A stretch of DNA of 64,000 nt from Macrostomum lignano (Eukaryota), in the NCBI GenBank assembly GCA_002269645.1, contig NIVC01001689.1:185617-249616 (forward strand). The letters run 5' to 3'. The notes beneath the pieces were generated by a model, which did not search any database, was not told the DNA's origin, and saw only the letters and a program-made list of their open reading frames with translations. This document shows, in pieces, positions 40,001-50,995 of the stretch (its first letter is position 1; each line of letters starts with the position of its first letter). Position numbers and translations under genes: made by a program.

Positions 40001-43000
40001 ACAAATAAACACACTCCCTCATCACAAATAAACTCACTCCCTCATCACAAATAAACACACTCCCTCATCACAAATAAACTCACTCCCTCACCACAAGTAA
40101 ACACACTCCCTCATCACAAATAAACACACTCCCTCATCAAAAATAAACTCACTCCCTCATCACAAATAAACACACTCCCTCATCACAAATAAACACACTC
40201 CCTCATCACAAATAAACACACTCCCTCACCACAAATAAACACACTCCCTCATCACAAATAAACACACTCCCTCATCAAAAATAAAACACTCCCTCACCAC
40301 AAATAAACACACTCCCTCATCACAAATAAACACACTCCCTCATCACAAATAAACACACTCCCTCATCAAAAATAAACACACTCCCTCGTCACAAAAAAAC
40401 ACACTCCCTCATCAAAAATAAACACACTCCCTCACCACAAGTAAACACACTCCCTCATCACAAAAAAACACACTCCCTCATCACAAATAAACACACTCCC
40501 TCACCACAAGTAAACACACTCCCTCATCACAAATAAACACACTCCCTCATCAAAAATAAACACACTCCCTCATCACAAATAAACACACTCCCTCATCAAA
40601 AATAAAACACTCCCTCACCACAAATAAACACACTCCCTCATCACAAATAAACACACTCCCTCATCAAAAATAAACACACTCCCTCGTCACAAAAAAACAC
40701 ACTCCCTCATCAAAAATAAACACACTCCCTCACCACAAGTAAACACACTCCCTCATCACAAAAAAACACACTCCCTCATCACAAATAAACACACTCCCTC
40801 ACCACAAGTAAACACACTCCCTCATCACAAAAAAACACACTCCCTCATCAAAAATAAACACACTCCCTCGTTACAAATAAACACACTCCCTCATCAAAGA
40901 TATGTATCATCGATACTACCGTTACTAAACCCTATTTTATATGCACTTTGTTAACGCACTCCAACGATCAAATATCCTTCAGCCATAAGCATTGTGAAAA
41001 TTGTGAACAAAATAACGAATTGTTTAACTAACGAATCATAGGTTCCGAGCTGAAATGGTGGAAAGGCTCAATTAAATTTTGTTCATACTACTGCCGAATT
41101 CGTTCCCAGTAGGCATAGCCGGCTGTTCAATCCGAAAATTCTAACGAAATCGATAGAGAAAAAAATCTTATTTGCTGATAGAAGCACACTTAGAAATGAA
41201 AAGAATTTTGCAATTCAGTTGGTGCAGACTCGGGGCATTCAAGTTGTGCTGAAAGTATAGTTTGGTATATTCTGGGGTAACTATCATAAGTGCAAATGGT
41301 TACTCCAAAACTGCGAAGACGCAGAACGCCCTGATTGAGCAGAACATTTTCTGAGAAAAGCTGCTCAAATATCTAAAATTTCAGCAATGAAAGGGATGAT
41401 TTTCGAGCTCTGGATGCTAAATAAGCATTTTTTTGACAGTTTTACAGCACAACAGGCACATACAGGCGCTACTGACCAAGTAGTAAGTTTCTATCAACAA
41501 TATTGAAATATACAATACTCGTACTATGTTCGCAGTTTACTACTCAAACACAAGTAGTTCGAGACAGTTTTTAAACAGTTTTCAAAGGTACATATAGAAT
41601 CTATATTATAGATGTTCATGTTTATCTTGGAGGCAAGTTTCCTTTGGGGAAACAGGTAATTCAACCTGTCTAACAGGTAACTCAACCTGTCTAACAGGTA
41701 ACTTGGCCTGTCTAACAGGTAACTCAACCTGTCTAACAGGTAACTTGGCCTGTCTAACAGGTAACTTGGCCTGTCTAACAGGTAACTCAACCTGTCTAAC
41801 AGGTAACTCAACCTGTCTAACAGGTAACTTGGCCTGTCTAACAGGTAACTCAACCTGTCTAACAGGTAACTCAACCTGTCTAACATGTAACTCAACCTGT
41901 CTAACAGATGACTGACTTGTTGAACAATGAGAGGATTTGCATAAATCTGCACGCACCTCGTTATCCAGCTGAGCGGATGCCAGCTGCTGCTTGAGCTGGT
42001 GAATTAGCACCAGGCGTTCCGGATAAATTTTATCTTTGTAGTTGTTGAGCAGAGCCAGCTCGGCGTAGATCTCGTTTACTTCGTCAACTACGGCCTGCAG
42101 CTGGGACTGCAGTTCTGTGACGGGTTTGTTTAACAGGCAGGTGTGGGTAATTGTGTAATTAAGAGTGTAATTTCTACTTAATGACTGACTGATATTACTA
42201 AAAGGTAAAATCGATAATTACTCTGCGTTGAAGCGCCGAGTCGCTGTTTGAGTTCGTCCAGCTCAGCCTGCAGCTCCTGTCTCTGGCGATCGAATCGCTG
42301 CCTCATCACATGAATTCCGTCCTGAACAGTTTTAAACGTGAAGAATACCATTTAGCGTCATATTTATTATCACTGCCTAGTCCATGTCTCACCCTCGATT
42401 TTTGATAGCGCCTCAGGCAGTCGTCCGCCGATTTCAAATTTACTCGCTCATCATTTTCGATTAGATGAAACATGTCGAGATTGCTTTTGATGCTGTTGAG
42501 CAAATATAAAATTAAGTAAAACGACCGTCGAAGTTTATATTGATTGAAAAATAATCAAATAAAAATCAATAGTTTGTATCTTACAGCTCAGTTTGTCGTT
42601 TTTTAATGTCATGCAAAGTCTTCTCATGAAGTCTAATCTTGACCTGAAAAATAGTTTGGCTGAATTATAGCAACTCGTACATGCATATTAAAACTTTTAG
42701 TTCCAAAAATCTAACCAATGCAATAATCATACTTATAGTTCAATTTGCATTTTAATCCATTCAATCTTCGAGTATTTAAAGTATGACTTACTTTAATTTC
42801 TTTCATTCTTGCTTTCTTTTTTTCTTCTTCCAGTCGGGCAGCCTCTCGAGCTCGGAAATTGTTCCATGGATGGTTGCACTTTGACAGACTGCATGCCGAT
42901 CCAACACGGCTAGGGCTTTCGGAAATTGAAAACGCACCCCAAGTAAATGCTAAAATGGTAATAGAAAAACTCTTCGATAAAATAGTTCAGAAGCTGTCCT

Positions 43001-43155
43001 GCAATGGAATTCTACAACTTACGAACTTTGGTTCGGAGTAAAGTGAAAGATCGTTTTAACTTACATTCAGTGTCCAACGGTTTAGTCACTTGCTGCTTAG
43101 GTTCCCTTGGAGAGGGAAATCGGTTTCTTTCCCACTGAGTATAGTCTACGGACAT
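37063..43155 (-). CDS. C20orf96: C20orf96-like coiled-coil protein, 345 aa, 9 exons
   Basis: Exons 43155-43065, 42949-42792, 42643-42585, 42492-42393, 42321-42222, 42114-41957, 39587-39486, 38046-37838 and 37123-37063; all GT-AG and phase-consistent (1038 nt). The C-terminus K|CTPDMDVVLDIPTRKLPII matches the KCTPDMDVILNIP end of C20orf96 as I recall it; N-terminal DYTQW and central LNNYKDKIYPERLVLIHQL also align. The exon 1-2 junction is the least certain. Confidence 0.85.
37196..37768 (+). repeat. 17-bp minisatellite CCGTCACCAACCTCACT
   Basis: About 33 copies in the last C20orf96 intron. Confidence 0.97.
38290..39340 (+). repeat. 17-bp minisatellite CACTCCCCTGTCCACCT with interspersed CTTCGATATGTACACTT variants
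   Basis: About 60 copies in C20orf96 intron 7. Confidence 0.96.
39958..40900 (+). repeat. 23-bp minisatellite CACTCCCTCATCACAAATAAACA
   Basis: About 41 copies in C20orf96 intron 6. Confidence 0.96.
41648..41907 (+). repeat. 21-bp minisatellite ACCTGTCTAACAGGTAACTCA
   Basis: About 12 copies; each unit contains the inverted repeat ACCTGT-CTA-ACAGGT. Confidence 0.95.
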
Positions 43156-43402
43156 TATTATGCCAGAGTTTTCCGTTGAGAAAATGTGACTGAATTGATG
43201 AAGACAATCCAAGACAATTATTTAATTGCAACTCAGTTATAAAATGTAAGAACTGAGTGCAGTTGAAAATCTAAGAGACTCTAACATTTTAAAGCTATTT
43301 CAATAATAAAACAATCAGAAGCACTTTAATATTTTTATTACAGTCAAAGAATACAGGTAATATTTTGTGATTTTGTAAACCAAAAAAAGTGTAAGTATTA
43401 CT

Positions 43403-43515
43403 TTTGTTATAGCAACCACTTAATTAAACCGGGATGATCATCATCTAAAAAGTACCCACTGTACATATCGACGTTAACCACACCCCCATCCACCACATCC
43501 CACACGTATCACGTG
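43403..43515. promoter_or_regulatory. Candidate bidirectional promoter motifs between C20orf96 and OXCT1
   Basis: The two ATGs are head-to-head, 475 bp apart. Imperfect RFX X-box TTTGTTATAGCAAC at 43403-43416 and E-box CACGTG at 43510-43515. Confidence 0.4.
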
Positions 43516-43630
43516 GACGCTGGAGCCAGTTGTCCAAAGTTGGACTTATAAATATTAGCCCTACATTGATTATATAATTATATTTAAATAAATTATCAAG
43601 GTTCTTTCGAAAGGCCTTCATCAAAAAATA

Positions 43631-46600
43631 ATGTTTAAGTTTACTGCACCTGCACGCACTTCTTTGCTCTTCTTAGGGGCCTACAATGGGTAAGTAAAGT
43701 TTATTAAATAATATGGGCCTGCAACTTCAAGATTCTAAGACAGACCCTAACCCATAGTAGGCCTGAATAATGAATGCTATGATTTGCTATGCCATGCCAT
43801 CTGTTGTAGTTTTGTGGCAGTTCAATGAAGTCATGGTCTCACCATCTCAGCTGGGTACAGGATTTGCCATGTGTATTTTTTTGTTTTTTAGACTTAATGT
43901 AATGATTTTTTAAATTATGATATTACTTTTTAAATGGTATAGTATTGTCTAAAGTATTTTTTCTAGATTTGCACCTACCTTTAAATATTATAGGCTTTAA
44001 CTTTTTAAAATCATTTCTGACAAGTCAAATTAGTCAATAAGGAATAACAATGTTGTTAATATTTGTAATATAAATTTCAACACATTTCTCAAAACCTCAA
44101 TTTTACAATTTTAAACAAATTAATTTGGTTAGTCATTATCATTATTAAGAGTCCCAAAAGTTCACAGAATGTTTGATGAAGCTCATCAATAGCCCTATTG
44201 CAGCCAAGGTCTGAACCGCGCCGGACGCCCCCCTTTCCCGCGCCAGACATCTACCCGTACTGCGCCAGGGCCAGTCCCCAGGATCAGTGATTTGGTTCAA
44301 TTAGTCAGTCAATGGCTCGCCGCGCGCTGCGCGCCGCCGCCACACACCACGCCACCGCGCGCCGCCGCCACGCGCCGCGCCGCCACCGCGCGCCGCGCCG
44401 CCACCAGTCCAATCCGCGCCGGACGCCGTCCACGAAAATGGCCATTGGCTGCAATAGGGATCAATAGGCTAGGCCTACCTTAACCCTATAGTCAGGATCA
44501 TGTCATAGTATACACTGGAATAAAAAGTCCCCTAAAAAAATCTACGCCACTTCATACTGAAACGTACGCCAAGGTCCTAGGAACTTACGCTAGGTTTTCT
44601 AGGCTTTGCAACAATAAATGACCTTTTTTGCGTGTTACACATTTTTTAACAATAAAAATTTAACAAATTGTGGTATTCGTTTAAAGTAAATTGGCTTATA
44701 GATAATGCCAACAAAAATCAAATTTTTGTTTAAGTTTTTTATAGAAAATTAACACGATTAGTTTGCATGGAATTTAAAATTTTTATAAATCACAAATAGT
44801 TATGAACTTTCATCTTACAAGTTTTATGATTTTTATGATTTTATAATAAGATTCTGAGGTTACGGCATTATGCCAACAATTGTTAATATTAACTTTGGCA
44901 TGAAGGTTGGAGTTGGCATACGCTGCTTGGCGTATTTATGCCATGGCGTCATGCCATAAGGTATGCCAAATATATTTTGCCTCATTTTTTATGCCAATTG
45001 TACACCGGAAATTTCCGGCATAATGTACATCATCCTGACTATGGCCTTAACCTTACCAATTTTGATATTTTAGCCTGTCATATATGTCAAACTAAAGATA
45101 AATTTTCAACTAAAAAGCTTGTTTTTTAATTTTCTTTTTATCTAGTTCTAGTTAAGAGTTATAAAAAAAATTAAAAGAAGGTTAGTACCAACTAATGTTA
45201 TATAACCATAACCTTAAGTGTCTCAAATTTAGAAATCTTTGAGAGATTTAAATCAGTGGTACTAATTTGGTAGAGTTGACTTGGAAATGGTCAATTAAAC
45301 AGATAGCTCTTAAATTGTCAGATGAGCATCCAAGTCCAACAGAGCTATGACCTATTAACATGATATCTTATCACCTAATATGCAAACTTAGATGCTAGAT
45401 AGTGGCTGGTCATTCACTAAAATAGCTGGTCATTCATAATAAATTGGCTATCTTTGAGCCATTGGATCAATTCATTAATAGCTATGCAGTTTTGGTTCTA
45501 ATCTATCCTATAGACTATATGGCAAAAACTTGACTTCATTGACTCTAGGACAAGGTATGGAAAGAGCTCATCTTAAAATTTTATTTGAAAAAGAAACATT
45601 TGGTATGGAATAAACAAGCATTGAGAGCATTACATAGGGTCAATCTGTTTCTCCAATATGTTATCAACATACATATGCAACACTTGGCTAAGTAGGCCAG
45701 TCCCTAGCTGGCTAGCGAATGGCTCAGCCAAAGTAAGTTGCAAAATTGCCCCTACCGAAAATATAGATATAGTACTAATTAGATGGTATTTAGCCTTAAA
45801 TATAAAGTCATAGTTACGCCTGCTGTTTATCTAAAATCATATGAATTTTTGTTTGCATTTAATTTATAGATAATTTGCATTTTTTGGTCAAAAAGTAAAT
45901 TGCACAGCAGTTGTAAAATAAGTGGGTTGCATAATTCATACATGCACAATCTTGGGAATCACCTAGCCATTTCTATTGGCAACACACATGTAAATTGCTA
46001 AATGAACTGAATAGTAGTCACGTGACTGCTCTCAGCCAATAGCCACTTACATGTGTATGTTGCCAGTAGAAATGGCTGGGTGAATCCCTAGGTTGTGCCT
46101 AAGCATGTTGCACATGAGTGTGGCTAAAAGATCTAAAAAGTCAAAGATAAAAAAATTATATTGTGCCTAAACTTCAATAAAGCCTCTATAATACTACTAC
46201 TAAAGACTCTGTGTAGATATATCAATCCCCATGAGAAATCTCCCTACCCTAAAACCACCTATTTGCCATGCCCCAGTGGTCTGTTGTAAGCTGCATGTAT
46301 TTGGGCTGAAGCAAAATGGAAATGAAGCTTAACTTTGGAATCAAAAACCTCCATAGAAACGAAATGCATCTGACAGTAGTGAAATCCCTATACTTTTGTC
46401 TGATCTTGTCCACCCTGACATTGTACAGAACGAGTTGAATCAGATCATATCATGACTGACTGGTTTAACCACTGCATTCACTGCAGAGTCCCAGCCAGTT
46501 CACCAGCTCAGCTGTCCTCAGCCGTCGCTGGCTCGGCCTCAGCGCCGCCCTGCGCTCCCCGAAGCTGTTCACCGACCCGCTGGAGGCCGTCAAGGACATC

Positions 46601-49600
46601 CCGGACGGCTCTCGCATCCTTGTTGGCGGCTTCGGACTCTGCGGCATCCCTGAGAATCTCATCGACGGCCTGCACCGGCACGGCGCCAAGGACCTGACGG
46701 TGATCAGCAACAATGCCGGCGTTGACGACTTCGGGCTGGGCCGGCTGCTGCGGTCCAGACAGATCCGCAGGATGGTGTCCTCCTATGTGGGAGAGAATGC
46801 CGAGTTCGCCAGGCAGTACCTCAGCGGCGAGCTGGAGGTAAGGCTGCTTGTGTGCCTGTCTGCTTCTGTGCCTGTCTGCTGTGTCTGTTTGCTTCTGTGT
46901 CTGTCTGCTTCTGTGCCTGTCTGCTTCTGTGTCTGTCTGCTTCTGTGCCTGTCTGCTTCTGTGTCTGTCTGCTTCTGTGTCTGTCTGCTTCTGTGCCTGT
47001 CTGCTTCTGTGTCTGTTTGCTTCTGTGTCTGTTTGCTTCTGTGCCTGTTTGCTTCTGTGTCTGTTTGCTTCTGTGTCTGTCTGCTTCTGTGCCTGTCTGC
47101 TTCTGTGTCTGTCTGCTTCTGTGCCTGTTTGCTTCTGTGTCTGTCTGCTACTGCTTCTGTGCCTGTTTGCTTCTGTGTCTGTCTGCTTCTGCTGTGTCTG
47201 CTTCTGTGCCTGTCTGCTGTGTCTGCTTCTGTGCCTGTCTGCTTCTGTGTCTGTCTGCTTCTGCTGTGTCTGCTTCTGTGCCTGTCTGCTGTGTCTGCTT
47301 CTGTGCCTGTCTGCTTCTGTGTCTGTCTGCTTCTGTGCCTGTCTGCTTCTGTGTCTGTTTGCTTCTGTGTCTGTTTGCTTCTGTGCCTGTCTGCTTCTGT
47401 GTCTGTCTGCTTCTGTGTCTGTCTGCTTCTGTGCCTGTCTGCTTCTGTGTCTGTCTGCTTCTGTGTCTGTTTGCTTCTGTGTCTGTTTGCTTCTGTGCCT
47501 GTCTGCTTCTGTGTCTGTCTGCTTCTGTGCCTGTCTGCTTCTGTGTCTGTCTGCTTCTGTGTCTGTCTGCTTCTGTGCCTGTCTGCTTCTGTGTCTGTTT
47601 GCTTCTGTGTCTGTTTGCTTCTGTGCCTGTTTGCTTCTGTGTCTGTTTGCTTCTGTGTCTGTCTGCTTCTGTGCCTGTCTGCTTCTGTGTCTGTCTGCTT
47701 CTGTGCCTGTCTGCTTCTGTGCCTGTTTGCTTCTGTGTCTGTCTGCTTCTGTGCCTGTCTGCTTCTGTGCCTGTCTGCTGTGTCTGCTTCTGTGCCTGTC
47801 TGCTTCTGTCTGCAAGTCTGCTTATCGTATGCCCAAAAGTGGGATTCGAACATGGCCGAGACTTCACTCCCCCCCCCCCCCGCCGCCAGGTGGAGCTCAC
47901 CCCGCAGGGCACCCTGGCCGAGCGGATCCGGGCGGGAGGCGCCGGCATCCCCGCATTCTACACGCCCACCGGCTACGGCACGCTGATCCACGAGGGCGGC
48001 GCGCCCATCAAGTACGGCGAGTCCGGCAAGTCCGTGTTGATCGCCAGCGACCAGCGCGAGGACCGCCAATTCGATGGCCTGAACTACGTGCTGGAGCGGG
48101 CCATCACAGGCGACTTCGCGTTGGTGAAGGCCTGGCGCGCCGACAAAGCGGGCAACCTGGTGTTCAGGAAGACCGCCAACAACTTCAATGCGCCCATGTG
48201 CACCGCGGCAAAGGTGACTCAACTGTGACCTGACTCACTGGGTATTTGACTTGTGCTAACCCACCTCCTCATGGCTATCTGTGGGTATAGGCGCAACTTT
48301 TAAAATCGACCGCCCGTTTCTACTGGCAACACATGTCACGTGACAGGGCAGTCACGTGACAACTGGTTTGTCCAATAGCGACTTGCGTGTGTGTTGCAAG
48401 TTGAAACGGCCGGGCGAAATCGGAAACTTGCATATCTATGGGTATCCGTCTCTTCTCATGGGTATCCGTCTCTTCTCATGGGTATCCGTCTCTTCTCATG
48501 GGTATTTGTCTCTTCTCATGGGTATCTGTCTCTTCTCATGGGTATTTGTCTCTTCTCATGGGTATTTGTCTCTTCTCATGGGTATCTGTCTCTTTTCTCA
48601 TGGGTATCTGTCTCTTCTCATTGGTATCTGTCTCTTCTCATGGGTATCTGTCTCTTTTCTCATGGGTATCTGTCTCTTCTCATTGGTATCTGTCTCTTCT
48701 CATGGGTATCTGTCTCTTTTCTCATGGGTATCTGTCTCTTCTCATTGGTATCTGTCTCTTCTCATGGGTATCTGTCTATTCTCTCATGGGTATCTGTCTC
48801 TTCTCATGGGTATCTGTCTCTTCTCATGGCTATCTGTCTTTCCTCATGGGTATCTGTCTCTTTCCTCATGGGTATCTCCATCTCAGACATCGGGCACTTA
48901 ACCCATTAACCCCATAGCAGAATTGCATTCAACGCCCCTTCCCTTTCAACGCAGGTTACCATCGCAGAGGTTGAGGAGATCGTTGAGACAGGCGAGATCC
49001 CACCTGAGCAGGTGCACATCCCCGGCATTTACGTCAAACGGCTGCTGCGAGGCGCCGCCTACGAGAAGCGAATTGAGCGGCGAACTCTGCGCAAAGCCTC
49101 GGGGCCCGCCGGGGGCGGTGAGTGTGGGGAGAATCTTTCTGTATGCTTTTTTCGTATACCTTCCGCTTCAGCAATCATGAGCATTGCCATTCAGTAATCC
49201 TAAAATCATCCGTCACCAAATCCCATCATTAAGATCCCCAAATCACACCATTGAGATCCCCAAATCCCACCATTAAGTTTCCCAAATCCCAACCATTGAG
49301 ATTCCCAAATCCCACCATTAAGATCCCCAAATTCCACCATTGAGATTCCCAAATCCCACCATTAAGTTTCCCAAATCCCAACCATTGAGATTCCCAAATC
49401 CCACCATTAAGATCCCCAAAATCCCAAAATCCCACCATTATAAATCCCAAGAGCTTCGCTATAAAAAATCCTTTCAGAGGTCGGCGAGTCGTCCCGCGAG
49501 CGCATCATCCGCCGCCTGGCGCTGGAGTTCAAGGACGGCATGTACGTGAACCTGGGTATCGGGATGCCGATGCTGGCCGCCAGCTTCATCCCCGCTGGCG

Positions 49601-50858
49601 TGAAGGTGCATCTGCAGTCGGAGAACGGCGTCCTCGGCCTAGGCCCGTATCCCACAGCCGAGCAGGTGGACCCGGACCTAATCAATGCTGGCAAGGAGAC
49701 GGTGACGGCGCTTCCAGGAGCTGCCTACTTCGACTCGGCGTCCAGCTTCGCCATGATCCGCGGCGGCCACATCGACCTGACGGTGCTTGGCGCGATGCAG
49801 GTGTCAAAGACTGGCGACCTGGCCAACTGGATGATTCCTGGAAAGCTGGTCAAAGGCATGGGCGGCGCAATGGACCTGGTGGGGGCGCCGGGGACCAAAG
49901 TGGTGGTCACTATGGAGCACTGCGCCAAGGTGAGGCTGCGCCGCTTGATCGCTTCAGGCTTCAGCGGGTGCAGGAGGTGGAGTTGCAGAAGTCCAACTTA
50001 AGGCGGTGCTGCAGCTTCGAGGGTACAGGGTGGCAATCAGAAGGGCAACGTGCACTTTCACTGTGTGATGGATGAGGCTAGAGGCCTCGATCCTTAAGGG
50101 TGCCCCACAGACCCGGGTTCGCGTACTGATCCTGGCTACGGTCGATTCCACCGAACCGCGTACGTTTGACGCTTCAACGACGCAGATTCGAGTGGAGATT
50201 GGGCGGATCGACGCTTCAACTCCCTCTAGGGTGCCTAACCCTAACTAAGGACAAACACCAAGTCGAAGGCTTACCAGTTGGAGGTGCGGCACGAATCGGC
50301 ACAGCGCAGGCAAAAACAACTATGAAAAGGGGGGGTTAGGGGGTAGCACTCCTAGTGAACGAGAATAGGCCAGTGTAAAGCTAAGCGTGAGCTAGACTAA
50401 ATGACAAAAGTATGGGGGCAGAGGTGACGAGACTAAAGGCTTAGCCAATTAGCGCGGCGCATGGAAACAGTGGGAAAGGTGCAACTAGGGTGGGGGTCGC
50501 TAAAGCAGTAAGTTTAGAGTAAGAAAATGGAGAGGGGGTTAGCTCTGGGCGCTGATTGCATGCACATTCACTACTGCTGTATAGGATGAAGGAACAATGG
50601 CATGGTTCAGGAACCTCATGAATCACCCTGGTCCCGCAGGACGGTAAAGCGAAGATCCTGGACAGGTGCAGCCTGCCCCTCACCGGCAAGGCCTGCGTCG
50701 ACATGCTGATCACCGAGAAGGCCGTGTTCACCGTTGACCCGGAGCAGGGTCTGGTGCTCACCGAGATTGCTGAAGGTATTTCAGTTCAGGACCTGGTGGA
50801 GTGCACGGAGGCGCAGTTCCAGGTGTCCGAGCAGCTGACCATGATGGGGCAGATCTGA
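43631..50858 (+). CDS. OXCT1: Succinyl-CoA:3-ketoacid CoA transferase (SCOT), mitochondrial precursor, 519 aa
   Basis: Exons 43631-43689 (putative transit peptide, least certain), 46495-46837, 47890-48213, 48955-49117, 49478-49929 and 50640-50858; total 1560 nt. Motifs [49 protein letters not shown], catalytic HLQSENG, GAMQVS and GMGGAMDLV. Confidence 0.95.
44193..44459. mobile_element. 267-bp MITE with perfect 15-bp TIRs and an 8-bp TSD
   Basis: CCCTATTGCAGCCAA (44193-44207) / TTGGCTGCAATAGGG (44445-44459); ATCAATAG flanks both sides (44185-44192, 44460-44467); GC-rich interior inside AT-rich OXCT1 intron 1. Confidence 0.9.
45945..46097. mobile_element. Fold-back / MITE-like element
   Basis: About 50-bp arms (45945-45993 versus 46047-46097), roughly 80% inverted identity, around a spacer containing GTCACGTGAC. 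A related fragment lies at 48317-48360. Confidence 0.65.
46845..47812 (+). repeat. 16-bp minisatellite TGTCTGCTTCTGTGCC in OXCT1 intron 2
   Basis: About 60 copies starting immediately after the donor. Confidence 0.97.
48438..48875 (+). repeat. 20-bp minisatellite CATGGGTATCTGTCTCTTCT in OXCT1 intron 3
   Basis: About 21 copies. Confidence 0.95.
49218..49445 (+). repeat. About 22-bp minisatellite CCCACCATTGAGATCCCCAAAT in OXCT1 intron 4
   Basis: About 10 divergent copies. Confidence 0.9.
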
Positions 50859-50995
50859 GTGCGCTGCCGACTGATCGGCTCTCGCTTTGACCGCCTTGCG
50901 TCTTGCTACTTGCCACTCCATTTTGATGAATTTTTTGGAGGTTTCCGTTTAATAGCTTCAATTTGGTACATTTCAAGGTCAAGTTGAATGCCGTG

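Noticed and set aside
41310-41320. ACTGCGAAGAC resembling part of a flatworm spliced-leader sequence as I recall it
   Set aside because: Only 11 nt, with no donor site, Sm-binding site or terminal ATG; not an SL RNA gene.
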